Source: Gemmatimonadales bacterium (GTDB lineage: Bacteria > Gemmatimonadota > Gemmatimonadetes > Gemmatimonadales > GWC2-71-9). Taken from it: a DNA stretch of 64,000 nucleotides. Below the pieces are notes generated by a model. That model was not told the origin of the DNA, did not search any database, and was given only the letters and a program-made list of their open reading frames with translations. Shown here piece by piece: positions 27,236-36,090 of the stretch (its first letter is position 1; each line of letters starts with the position of its first letter). Location: positions 7,712-71,711 of the forward strand of contig JBGASX010000011.1 in assembly GCA_044229445.1 (NCBI GenBank), read 5' to 3'. Position numbers and translations under genes: made by a program.

Positions 27236-27844
27236 GGAATCGGATCCTCATCGGTTCGTGTTCGATCGGATCATGCGATCCGAGGTCGGAGAGGATACGG
27301 TGCGCTCACAGCATCGACGGTGACTCTCCTCACCACGTCGTGCGCCAATCTGACCGCGCACCGTGAGGACGAGTGTACGACGGCGTCACATCGGCCTGCA
27401 ATCGGTCGTTGGAGCGACGGGGCTCGGGACTTCTACGCCGATCACCTCCGTGGGTCTTCGATCGGCTCCCTGTACCACGTCGCGATCTCGGCGACGCGAC
27501 GGTGGACGGATGCCACCGCTCGGTCGTTCAATTGGTCGGGCTGGGCGCCATCGCCTCGCAGGATGCATGGGACCGCCTTGCCCCCCCGCTCCGCGCCCCC
27601 CTCCGTCGCGGCAGCCACCCCATGCACCCGGCGTCCAGGCCCGGCCGCATCCCGTTGCCGGAGAACAGCTTGCAGGGCCAGCGGACGGGGGTATGCAGGG
27701 CCAGTGGCCCCTCATGCCCTGCTCAGTATCGCCCGATGATGGTGGCATGGGACTTCCCCATATGACCGAATTGCAGGCAGGCCCCGGCCTCGGAGCCTCG
27801 CCGTTGGCCGCCGGGAAATCCTGAGACGTGTACGGAGAGATTGC

Positions 27845-29539
27845 GTGAATTCCTGGGAAGGCATCACCGCCAGACAGCTGAGCCGCCTCCGGCTCGACAG
27901 CGTCCGCAGCAAGATTCTGGCGTTCACCGTGCTGGCCACCGTGGTCACCTCGGTCACCACCGTCTGGCTCGCCTACTCGCAGGGCAAGCGTGCCCTCACC
28001 CAGACGATCGCCACCGAGCTCGTCGGGGTGAGTTCGCAGGCCGCGAACGAATTCGGGCTCTGGCTCAAGGAGCGGGAGTTCGACCTCCGGACCTTCTCCA
28101 ACTCCTACGAAGTCACCGACAACCTCGAGCGCATCGCCACCGGTGGCCGCGCCGGCACCGGCCGCCTCGGCGACTATCTGAGCTCGGTGCGCGAGCGCGC
28201 CGCCGAGTACGACGCACTCGCGGTCTTCGATCTTGCGGGGCGCCAGGTCGCGAGCAGCCCTGCGCGAAGCGGCATCACGGCGCTGCCGCAGGACTGGGTC
28301 ACGAAGCTCAAGTCCGGTGATCCGGTGATCGGCACCCCCGTGTGGGACTCGCTGGGGCGCACGATGACCGTCGTCATCGCGGTCCCGATCAAGCCGGCGG
28401 GCAGCCGCAGTCTCGGCGCCATCGCGGGGCGGCTCGACCTCCGCTCCGCGGCCGCCACGCTGCAGCGCCTCGCCCGGGGCCATGCCGGGACCGCCTACCT
28501 GGTGAGCTACACCGGCGAGCGCATCCTCAGCTCCGCTTCCGACTCGCTCACCCCGGTGCGGGGCAAGGTGGACGTCGGTGCCATGCGGCGGCTCAACACC
28601 GAGTCGCGCGAGGTCGTCGAATACAGCAACCCCGAAGGCACCGCGGTCATCGGCACGCTCCGCCTGGTGGCCGGGTCGAACTGGGGCGTGCTGACGGAGC
28701 TGACCCAGGCCGAGGGCTACAGCCTGATCAACCGCTTCCGGAACATCACGGTGCTGGTGCTGGCCTGCCTCTTCGCGGTGGTCGGCACCCTGGCCTATCT
28801 GTTAGGCCTGCTCCTGGTCCGCCCGCTCGAGCGCCTCACCCGGGGCTCGGCCCGCGTCGCCGGCGGCGATTTCGACGTCACCCTCCCGGTCGTCACCGGC
28901 GGTGAACTCGGCTATCTCACCCGGGTCTTCAACGACATGGTCGCGCAGCTCCGGGCGAGCATGCATGAGGTCGACAGCATCAACGAGCGCCTGCGCGAGA
29001 AGAACGCCCAGCTCGAGCGGCTGTCGCTCACGGACCCCCTCACCGGCCTGTACAACCGGCGGCATCTGATGGAGGTCCTCGAGCACGAGCTGAAACGGGC
29101 GGGCCGGAGCGGCGACGCCTTCGCGCTCCTGATGATGGATGTGGATCACTTCAAGACCTACAACGATGCCTTCGGCCATCAGGCCGGCGACGACGCGCTG
29201 ATCGCGGTCGCGGGGGTGCTCCAGGGCTCGGTGCGGGAGGTGGACTGCGCGGCGCGCTACGGAGGCGAGGAGTTCGTGGTGCTGCTGCCGGCGACCGGCA
29301 TGGACAGGGCGGTCGATGTGGCGGAACGGATCTGCGAAGCCGTGCGCCACGCCACCGTGAAGGGCGGACAGATCACCGTCAGCGTCGGCGTCGCGAGCTA
29401 CCCGGCGCAGGGCGTCAGCCTCGAATCGCTGATCGCGAGCGCGGATGGCGCGCTCTACCACGCCAAGCGCGAGGGCCGCGATTGCGTGGTCCGCGCCGAC
29501 TGGGCCTCGTTCGCCCCGCCGGTTGCCGCGAGGCCCTAG
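27845..29539 (+). CDS. diguanylate cyclase with periplasmic Cache-like sensor, HAMP and GGDEF domains
   Basis: GGAGAG lies before GTG 27845. There are two TM segments flanking a ~270-aa sensor, then a HAMP-like linker. The GGDEF domain has RYGGEEFVVLL and an I-site REVD five residues upstream. Confidence 0.9.
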   Translation: MNSWEGITARQLSRLRLDSVRSKILAFTVLATVVTSVTTVWLAYSQGKRALTQTIATELVGVSSQAANEFGLWLKEREFDLRTFSNSYEVTDNLERIATGGRAGTGRLGDYLSSVRERAAEYDALAVFDLAGRQVASSPARSGITALPQDWVTKLKSGDPVIGTPVWDSLGRTMTVVIAVPIKPAGSRSLGAIAGRLDLRSAAATLQRLARGHAGTAYLVSYTGERILSSASDSLTPVRGKVDVGAMRRLNTESREVVEYSNPEGTAVIGTLRLVAGSNWGVLTELTQAEGYSLINRFRNITVLVLACLFAVVGTLAYLLGLLLVRPLERLTRGSARVAGGDFDVTLPVVTGGELGYLTRVFNDMVAQLRASMHEVDSINERLREKNAQLERLSLTDPLTGLYNRRHLMEVLEHELKRAGRSGDAFALLMMDVDHFKTYNDAFGHQAGDDALIAVAGVLQGSVREVDCAARYGGEEFVVLLPATGMDRAVDVAERICEAVRHATVKGGQITVSVGVASYPAQGVSLESLIASADGALYHAKREGRDCVVRADWASFAPPVAARP

Positions 29540-30264
29540 CGCCGCTTCGCGAGCAGCTCCTTCGCAATCCAGCCGGTGCGGCCGGCCTCGTCGGTCACCC
29601 GGATCCACTGGTCGGTGTAGGAGTAGCCGGTCAGCGCGACTCCCGCCTTCACGACAAAGACCACCTTGAAACCGGTCCCCGGGCCCGAGCGGACGTTGCC
29701 GCCGCGCGCGGTCTTGAACGGCACCGGCGTCGCAAAGGCCTTTTCCCCCGCGCGCGCGGGCTGATCGGAAGCCGTCGAGCGCCGCGCGGGGGCCACCAGT
29801 GCCTTCGCCTGTTCGGTGAGATAGAGCGCGCCGGCGTAGTTGCCGTCGTTGAACGCTTCGGTCCCCATGCGGAGCAGCTTCTTCGCCTGGGCCACGTCCG
29901 CGCTCGAGGCGCCCCGCGGCGACTGGGTCGCGAGTTCGGTCTCGGCGATGCCGGACGCCGCCGCGGCGCGTGAGGCCGTCCCCTGCGAGCGGCCGAGACT
30001 CTGGACCACATCCTGGCGGGCGGCATCGAGCCGGTTCTCCAGCTCCTGGATCCGGGCATCGGCCTCGGCGAGCTGCAGCTCCAGCCGGTCCACCACCCGC
30101 TGCTGCTCCGGATCCTTCACGAGCACCGTGTCGGTGACGGTCCGGATGATGGGTTCGGCCGGTCGCTGGGACGATTCGGCGACGGGTGCTGGCGCGGGTG
30201 CCGGGGCGGGATGACTGCACGCGGCAGCCAGGAGCAGGAAACCGACCGAACGGGTATGACGCAC
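29536..30264 (-). CDS. lipoprotein with coiled-coil region and C-terminal SH3b domain
   Basis: The lipobox is FLLLAAACSHP. A coiled-coil segment LELQLAEADARIQELENRLDAARQ follows. The C-terminus ARGGNVRSGPGTGFKVVFVVKAGVALTGYSYTDQWIRVTDEAGRTGWI is SH3_3-like. Confidence 0.7.
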   Translation of the reverse strand: MRHTRSVGFLLLAAACSHPAPAPAPAPVAESSQRPAEPIIRTVTDTVLVKDPEQQRVVDRLELQLAEADARIQELENRLDAARQDVVQSLGRSQGTASRAAAASGIAETELATQSPRGASSADVAQAKKLLRMGTEAFNDGNYAGALYLTEQAKALVAPARRSTASDQPARAGEKAFATPVPFKTARGGNVRSGPGTGFKVVFVVKAGVALTGYSYTDQWIRVTDEAGRTGWIAKELLAKRR

Positions 30265-30671
30265 CGATCAACCTCTTGAAGCGGTATCCAGGCATCCCTG
30301 CCCGAGCGCGTGGAGCGGACTGAATTGGGGAACGGGGCAAAAGTGGCGGAGCCACGCCCGCGAGGCAACCGCCACGCCGGGCGCCACGGCACCCGGTCGG
30401 GTATCGGGCATCCCCGCGCCCGGGCGGATTTCGCGCGTGACTCCGGAGGAGGAGTGGCCTCACCCTAGGATCGATTGCAGCGACCGCGAGCTTCCCTTAG
30501 CCTCAGTACACAAGCGAAGGGCACCACGCGGTACCTTGTCGACAAGAGCACAGATCTTGGAGTCGAAGGCGCCGGCGGACCTCAGGGTCTGCGGCGCCTT
30601 CCTGCTTGTCTACCTGCGCCCCGGGCTCTCCGCGCCGCAGACTCCGCTCTTTCAATCACGGGGCAATCTCC

Positions 30672-31124
30672 ATGTACCTCACCCGAACCATCACCGCGCT
30701 GGGCACCGGGCTGCTGCTCTCCCTGGCCGCACAGACTACGAACGCCCAGACCACCAGGACCATGCCGGTACGCACCGCGACCGACACGACCTGCCTGAAC
30801 ACCCCGGCCGGTGCCGGCGATTCCACCAGCATGCAGCACATGCCGATGGACAGCAGCAAGTCGAACCAGCAGGCGGGGCGGAAGCACTGCCTCGATCCGA
30901 TGCGCACCACCATGCGGAGCGACAGCCTCTGCGAGACCACCGCGGGCGACAGCCTCGCCTACAGCCAGGCCGATTCCGTCGCGATGAAGGCGGATGCCTC
31001 CGCGGGCCGCACGCACCGCCCGGCGATGCGCACCAACTGCAAGGTCGGTCTCGGCGCCGGTGTTGGCACCGATTCCACCCTGTGGCGGGCCAAGCGCGAC
31101 TCGACGCTGCCGCTCAAGCCGTAA
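30672..31124 (+). CDS. hypothetical secreted protein
   Basis: ATG 30672 gives MYLTRTITALGTGLLLSLAAQTTNAQ, which is signal-peptide-like. The protein is Met/Cys/Ser/Thr-rich and no family was recognised. The track start is TTG 30606. Confidence 0.45.
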   Translation: MYLTRTITALGTGLLLSLAAQTTNAQTTRTMPVRTATDTTCLNTPAGAGDSTSMQHMPMDSSKSNQQAGRKHCLDPMRTTMRSDSLCETTAGDSLAYSQADSVAMKADASAGRTHRPAMRTNCKVGLGAGVGTDSTLWRAKRDSTLPLKP

Positions 31125-31191
31125 CGATTCCAGCGCGCGGGAGGGTCACTCCTCCCGCGTGCATGACTCACTGACTACCCCGGAGACTCCA

Positions 31192-31572
31192 ATGACCATC
31201 AATGACTCCTCCAGCCACTTCGCCGAGCGCGTCGACGCGGTTGCCGAGCGCGTGAACGACAAGGCGGACGGCATGCTGCACTCCGCCGAGAAGGCGATCG
31301 ACTCCAGGCGCAAGACCGCCGCGGACACGCTCGCCTCCGCGGCCGAGCGCCTGCACCGCCGCGCCGACGACCTGCCCGGCGTGCAGCAGGCCACGCGCGC
31401 CGCGCACTCGACCGCGGATCGCCTCGAAGCCACCGCCGACTATCTCCGCACCCACGACACCAGGGCGATGGCGGGCAATGTGATGGACTTCGTCCGCAAG
31501 CACCCGGGCAAGTCGCTCGCGGTGGCCGCTGCGGTCGGCTTCCTCGCCGCCCGCTCCATGCGGAGCGACTGA
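31192..31572 (+). CDS. DUF883 (YqjD/ElaB-like) membrane-anchored stress protein
   Basis: ATG 31192 gives MTINDSSSHFAERVDAVAERVNDKADG.... The C-terminal anchor is FVRKHPGKSLAVAAAVGFLAARSM. The layout is typical of ElaB/YqjD. Confidence 0.7.
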   Translation: MTINDSSSHFAERVDAVAERVNDKADGMLHSAEKAIDSRRKTAADTLASAAERLHRRADDLPGVQQATRAAHSTADRLEATADYLRTHDTRAMAGNVMDFVRKHPGKSLAVAAAVGFLAARSMRSD

Positions 31573-31573
31573 G

Positions 31574-31972
31574 ATGCGCGCCGAGGTCGCGGATGAGCAG
31601 CGCTCGACGCTCGCAGTGACTCAGCGGATCCTCGGGAATCTCGAACTGATCCTCCGCGGCGAGCTGCGCCTGCTCCAGGCACAGCTCGTCGAGGAGGTCA
31701 GCACCCTCGCGGGGAATTCCCTGTTCCTGCTGCTGGGGGCCGCACTGGCGCAACTCGCGGCCGGCTGCATTCTGCTGGGCACGATCTACCTGCTCGGCAC
31801 CACGATGCCGCTCTGGGCAGCGGCGGTGATCATCGGCGTCTCCTGCGCAGTCGGCAGCGTCGGACTGCTGCTGACCGGGCAGCAGAGGCTCGCTCGCCAG
31901 GCGGAGGAGCGGGGAAAGGCCTTTGACGCACTGATGAAAGGCGGCATATGGGCGCACGAATCGAACAGCTAG
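31574..31972 (+). CDS. DUF1469 / holin-X family membrane protein (YqjE-like)
   Basis: The start is 1 nt after the upstream stop. The LELILRGELRLLQAQLVEE helix is followed by two TM segments, which is the usual partner pattern for DUF883 genes. Confidence 0.7.
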   Translation: MRAEVADEQRSTLAVTQRILGNLELILRGELRLLQAQLVEEVSTLAGNSLFLLLGAALAQLAAGCILLGTIYLLGTTMPLWAAAVIIGVSCAVGSVGLLLTGQQRLARQAEERGKAFDALMKGGIWAHESNS

Positions 31973-33375
31973 AGCAGCGCATTGCCCGGCAGCGCGAGGA
32001 ACTCGGCGACGATCTCGAGACCCTCGCGGCCAAGGCCAGGACGCTCACCGACTGGCGCGCGCAGGTCGACGCCCATCCCCTCGCCGCGATGGGCATAGCG
32101 GCCGGTGGCGGGATGCTGCTCGCGGTGATGCTCTCCCCCCACGACGTCAGCGCCTGGCCGGCGCCGACGAAGCGGTGCCGCGCCACGAGCCGCGCCCGAT
32201 CGGCAACGGTCTGCTCGGCGACATCCGGAAGGCGATCGGCGCCGTCGCGACCGCCACCGCGGTGGAGATGCTCACGGAGGCGATCCCCGGATTCAACGAC
32301 CACTTCCGGAAGGGAGCCTCGGCTGCCGGACGCTGAGGCGAAGTCGAACCAGGCCTGGGCGCCCATCGGTGTCTTTCTGATTCTGGCCGTCACCGCCCTC
32401 AAGCTGGGGGCGGAGCTGGCCATTCCGGTCGTGGTGTCGGTCCTGCTCGCGCTGCTGCTCGGCGCACCGCTGGCATGGCTCAGGCGGCGGCGCATCCCGG
32501 AATCGGTCGGCGCCGGGATCCTGGTGTTCGGCTCGGTGGCGCTCTTCGCCGGAGGACTCTCGCTCCTCGCCGATCCGGCGGCACAGTGGATCGCCGAGGC
32601 GCCCGCCCATCTTGCCAAGGTGGAGGCCCGGGTCCAGGCGCTCATGCGGCCGTTCCACAGCATCCAGCAGACCGCGGCCAAGATGGACAGCGCGACGTCG
32701 GGCGCCGGCACCAGCCGCCAGGTGGTGCAGGTCGCGGAGCCGGGGATGCTCAAGCGCGTGTCGGGTTCGAGCGCCCACCTCATCGGCCAGCTGCTCGCCG
32801 TCCTCTTTCTCAGCTATTTCCTCCTCGCCGCGGCCCCGCTCCTCAAGCAGAAGCTGGTCACCGTCATCCCCGCCCGGACCAATCGGGTGGAGGTGGAAGA
32901 AGTCGTGCGGGAGATCGCGTCGCACATGTCGCGCTATCTCTGGCTCTCGTCGGCCATGAACCTCGGCGTGGGACTCCTCACCTGGGGTCTGCTCAGCTTC
33001 CTGCACTATCCCAACGCGGCGCTCTGGGGCGTCATGGCCGGCGTGCTCAACTACGTCCCCTACGTCGGCGCGATGGCGACCCTCGCCGCGATCGGGCTCG
33101 CCGGCGCGGTGACCTTCTCCGATCTCACCCCGGTGCTGGCCGGTGCGGGTGGCTATCTCCTGATCCACGTGGTGCAGAGCAACCTCGTCACCCCCGCGCT
33201 CCTCGGGCGCAAGCTTCCGCTCAACCCCGCCGCGCTCTTCCTCGGGCTCATCTTCTTCGGCTGGCTCTGGGGGGTGACCGGCGCGGTGCTCGCCGTGCCG
33301 CTGACCGTCATGATCCAGGTGGTCTGCGCCCGCATCCCCTCTATGGAGAAGGTGGCGGTGCTGCTCGACAGTTGA
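31948..33375 (+). CDS. AI-2E family transporter ORF; first ~130 codons look like a separate YqjK/DUF3618-like gene fused by a frame problem
   Basis: From about residue 130, the pattern IGVFLILAVTALKLGAELAIPVVVSVLLALLLGAPLAWLRRRRIPESVGAGILV... with 7-8 TM segments is typical of AI-2E/PerM. The N-terminus MGARIEQLEQRIARQREELGDDLETL...GGGMLLAVML is a coiled coil plus TM. An unnatural Arg/Ser/Cys-rich linker joins the two parts (see finding). Confidence 0.65.
   Translation: MGARIEQLEQRIARQREELGDDLETLAAKARTLTDWRAQVDAHPLAAMGIAAGGGMLLAVMLSPHDVSAWPAPTKRCRATSRARSATVCSATSGRRSAPSRPPPRWRCSRRRSPDSTTTSGREPRLPDAEAKSNQAWAPIGVFLILAVTALKLGAELAIPVVVSVLLALLLGAPLAWLRRRRIPESVGAGILVFGSVALFAGGLSLLADPAAQWIAEAPAHLAKVEARVQALMRPFHSIQQTAAKMDSATSGAGTSRQVVQVAEPGMLKRVSGSSAHLIGQLLAVLFLSYFLLAAAPLLKQKLVTVIPARTNRVEVEEVVREIASHMSRYLWLSSAMNLGVGLLTWGLLSFLHYPNAALWGVMAGVLNYVPYVGAMATLAAIGLAGAVTFSDLTPVLAGAGGYLLIHVVQSNLVTPALLGRKLPLNPAALFLGLIFFGWLWGVTGAVLAVPLTVMIQVVCARIPSMEKVAVLLDS
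32133..32336 (+). other. alternative-frame continuation of the YqjK-like gene (apparent frameshift at a C6 run)
   Basis: Frame 3 reads LPPRRQRLAGADEAVPRHEPRPIGNGLLGDIRKAIGAVATATAVEMLTEAIPGFNDHFRKGASAAGR with stop TGA at 32334-32336. This looks more protein-like than the same DNA read in frame 1. The C6 run is at 32135-32140. Confidence 0.4.
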
Positions 33376-33381
33376 GTGCGC

Positions 33382-33404
33382 CGCCAGCGTGGTCGTCGCT
33401 GGCG
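33382..33404 (+). terminator. weak hairpin after AI-2E gene
   Basis: CGCCAGCG (33382-33389), a 7-nt loop, CGCTGGCG (33397-33404). It begins 7 nt after stop 33375 and has no U-tract. Confidence 0.3.
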
Positions 33405-33472
33405 CGGGATGATCGCGGGCTGCACATTGGGACCGGTCCCCTCTCTGGCCCCGATCGACAGGAACTCACCCC

Positions 33473-34945
33473 ATGCATCACCCGCGCGCACTGCTCCGAG
33501 CCCTTGGTCTCTCGGCACTGATTGCTTCGCTTGGCGCCCCGCCGGTCCGCGGTCAGATCCCCGCCGCCGAATATGCCGCCCGCCGAGACTCGCTCGCGGC
33601 CCGGATCGGCACCGGCGTGGTCGTCGCCTTCGGGGCGCGCACTCCAGTCACCGATTTCGGCCCGCCGACCCAGCTCCCCGCCTTCCACTACCTGACCAAC
33701 TACGACGAACCCGACGCCGTCTTCGTGCTGGTCAGCCGGAATGGTGCCGGTTGGGCGACACTGTTCACCACGCCGGTGGAGCCCCGGCGCTCGCTCTACT
33801 ACGGTCAGCACCCCGACAGCGCCCACCTCGAGACCGAGACCGGCATGCACGCCCGCTCGCTGTCGGCACTCGGTGCGGTACTCGACTCGCTGGCCAGCGC
33901 GGGGCTTCCCTTCTTCTCGCTCGCCGACTTCGAGGATGCCGACTTCGCCAAGGCGGACTCGCTCACCCGCGGCGGCCGCTTCCTCCATGATTTCGCCGCG
34001 CGGCATGATGGGCTCGCGATCACCGACGCCCATCCCATCGTCAACGAGCTCCGCGCCCGCAAGACGCCAGCGGAGATGGCGCTCCTCCGGAAGGCCGCCG
34101 AGATCAGCGTGACGGGCCACCTCGCGGCGATGCACCTGGCCGCGCCGGGACTGCATGAGTACGACCTGCAGGCGGCGCTCGAGTACGCCTTCCGCCGGGG
34201 CGGCGCCTCGCGTGTCGCCTACGGCAGCATCGTCGGGAGTGGCAAGCGCGGGACCCAGCTCCACTACATGAAGGATCGCGGGCCGATCGAGGCGGGGGAC
34301 CTCGTCGTGATGGATGCCGGCGCGGAATACGAGGGCTACGCCGCCGACGTCACCCGCACCATCCCGGTGACCGGCAAGTTCTCACCGGAACAGCGGGCGC
34401 TGTACCAGATCGTGCGGGATGCGCAGGCCGCGGCGGAACGGAATTCGAAGCCGGGCCTCTCCTCCCGCGCGGCGGAGGACTCCTCATTCGAAGTCCGGGC
34501 ACGTGGGCTTGCGGCGCTCGGCTACATCGAGAGTGCCGATGCCACGATGGATCCGCCCTGGGCCGCCGACTGCAAGGCGCAGCCGCGGGCCTGCCGTCAG
34601 GCGACGCTCTTCACCATCCACGGCATCAGCCACGGGCTCGGTCTCGCGGTGCACGACCCGGCCCAGTTCTACACCGGCGAGCACCTCTTCAAGGTGGGAG
34701 ACGCCTTCACCATCGAGCCGGGGATCTACATCAGCCAGACGGCGCTCGATCTGCTGCCTGACACGCCGAAGAACCGCGCCTTCCGCGCCAGGGCGCAGCC
34801 GCTGGTCCGGAAAACCGACAACACCGGCATCCGCATCGAGGACGACTATCTGATCACCGAGAAGGGGCTGGAGTGGATCAGCCGGGCGCCGCGGGAGATC
34901 GCAGAGGTCGAAGCGGCGATGAAGCAGCGGGCGCTGCAGCCCTGA
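33473..34945 (+). CDS. Xaa-Pro aminopeptidase (M24B), secreted
   Basis: The signal peptide is LLRALGLSALIASLGAPPVRGQ. There is an N-terminal AMP_N-like domain. M24 metal-ligand blocks are present: VVMDAGAEYEGYAADVTR, HGISHGLGLAVHD, TIEPGIYI and IRIEDD. Confidence 0.85.
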   Translation: MHHPRALLRALGLSALIASLGAPPVRGQIPAAEYAARRDSLAARIGTGVVVAFGARTPVTDFGPPTQLPAFHYLTNYDEPDAVFVLVSRNGAGWATLFTTPVEPRRSLYYGQHPDSAHLETETGMHARSLSALGAVLDSLASAGLPFFSLADFEDADFAKADSLTRGGRFLHDFAARHDGLAITDAHPIVNELRARKTPAEMALLRKAAEISVTGHLAAMHLAAPGLHEYDLQAALEYAFRRGGASRVAYGSIVGSGKRGTQLHYMKDRGPIEAGDLVVMDAGAEYEGYAADVTRTIPVTGKFSPEQRALYQIVRDAQAAAERNSKPGLSSRAAEDSSFEVRARGLAALGYIESADATMDPPWAADCKAQPRACRQATLFTIHGISHGLGLAVHDPAQFYTGEHLFKVGDAFTIEPGIYISQTALDLLPDTPKNRAFRARAQPLVRKTDNTGIRIEDDYLITEKGLEWISRAPREIAEVEAAMKQRALQP

Positions 34946-34961
34946 CGGCGCCCGGCCGTCG

Positions 34962-35168
34962 TCACCGCGCCCTCACCCAGAGCAGCGCGGGCAACGCCAC
35001 GTAAAGCAGGAGGTCGCGCACCAGGTAGAATCCCACCACGGCCGCCACGAGCTGCCAGCGCCTCCGGCGCGGCAGCCCGCCCTTCCTGATCGCCGCGCGC
35101 CACTCCCTGATCAGACGCATCGCCGCCCCCCCCAGAACCGTGCGTGTTGAAGAGAAGGCGCAATCCAC
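34962..35168 (-). CDS. small hypothetical membrane protein
   Basis: 68-aa ORF in a gap between convergent and divergent genes. It has one clear TM segment (WQLVAAVVGFYLVRDLLLYVALPALLW). A likely later start gives MRLIREW.... No family was recognised. Confidence 0.3.
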   Translation of the reverse strand: MDCAFSSTRTVLGGAAMRLIREWRAAIRKGGLPRRRRWQLVAAVVGFYLVRDLLLYVALPALLWVRAR

Positions 35169-35264
35169 CCCCCACCCGGCTCATGAGCCGTTCTGTCCCG
35201 GTTCCGCGCCTTCTCTCGATGGCAGACCGAGTGGCTGCCGGACACCAACACCCCTGGGGGACAC

Positions 35265-36023
35265 ATGAAGCGCGCAGCGATCCTGCTCTACGGCACCGTG
35301 GCGTACCTGGCCTTCTTCGGGACGTTCCTGTACTTCATCGGCTTCGTCGGCGGCTTCACGCCCGTCGCCCTCGATTCCCCGCGCAGCGGCCCGCTCGGCA
35401 CGGCGCTGCTCGTCAACGTCCTGCTGGTGGCCCTCTTCGGGGCGCAGCACTCGATCATGGCGCGGAAGCCGTTCAAGTGGTGGATCACCCGCCACATCCC
35501 GGACGCGGCGGAGCGCTCGACCTTCGTCTTCGCCTCCAGCCTGATCCTGGCCGCCATGATCCAGAACTGGCAGCCGGTCGGCGGCGTGGTCTGGTCGGTC
35601 GAGACCCCACTGATCCGCATCCTGCTCTACATTATCTTCGGCTTCGGCTGGACACTGCTGCTCATTTCGAGCTTCACGATCAACCACTTCGACCTGTTCG
35701 GGCTGAGGCAGAGCTGGCTCGCGTTCCGTGGCATTCCCTACACGCCGATCCAGTTCCGCAATCCCTGGCTCTATCGCCAGGTCCGGCACCCGCTCTATCT
35801 CGGCTTCTTCCTCGGGCTGTGGGCGACGCCACACATGACCGTGACGCATCTCGTGCTCGCCGCGGGGCTCTCGCTCTACATCCTCCTCGGCGTGCGGTTC
35901 GAGGAGCGTGATCTCATCGCCGAGCATCCGGAGTATGCGACCTATCGTGAGCGCGTCCCGATGTTCATCCCGGGCACCGGGAACGATCCGGTGACCGGAC
36001 CGCGGGCCCTGACGAGCACCTGA
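35265..36023 (+). CDS. membrane methyltransferase of the ICMT/PEMT superfamily (MddA-like)
   Basis: There are several TM segments. The C-terminal signature is RQVRHPLYLGFFLGLWATPHMTVTHLVLAAGLSLYILLGVRFEERDLIAEHPEYATYRERVPMFIP. Confidence 0.75.
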   Translation: MKRAAILLYGTVAYLAFFGTFLYFIGFVGGFTPVALDSPRSGPLGTALLVNVLLVALFGAQHSIMARKPFKWWITRHIPDAAERSTFVFASSLILAAMIQNWQPVGGVVWSVETPLIRILLYIIFGFGWTLLLISSFTINHFDLFGLRQSWLAFRGIPYTPIQFRNPWLYRQVRHPLYLGFFLGLWATPHMTVTHLVLAAGLSLYILLGVRFEERDLIAEHPEYATYRERVPMFIPGTGNDPVTGPRALTST

Positions 36024-36090
36024 CGGAATGCTGGCCGCGTGCGGGGTGGTGTCCTCCCACCTCCCCGCACCTCTTCAGTCACCCCGCACC

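Noticed and set aside
27442-27627. 61-aa minus-strand ORF in the long gap upstream of the cyclase gene
   Set aside because: Only its last ~30 residues look protein-like. No RBS, motif or partner gene is present, so there is insufficient support.
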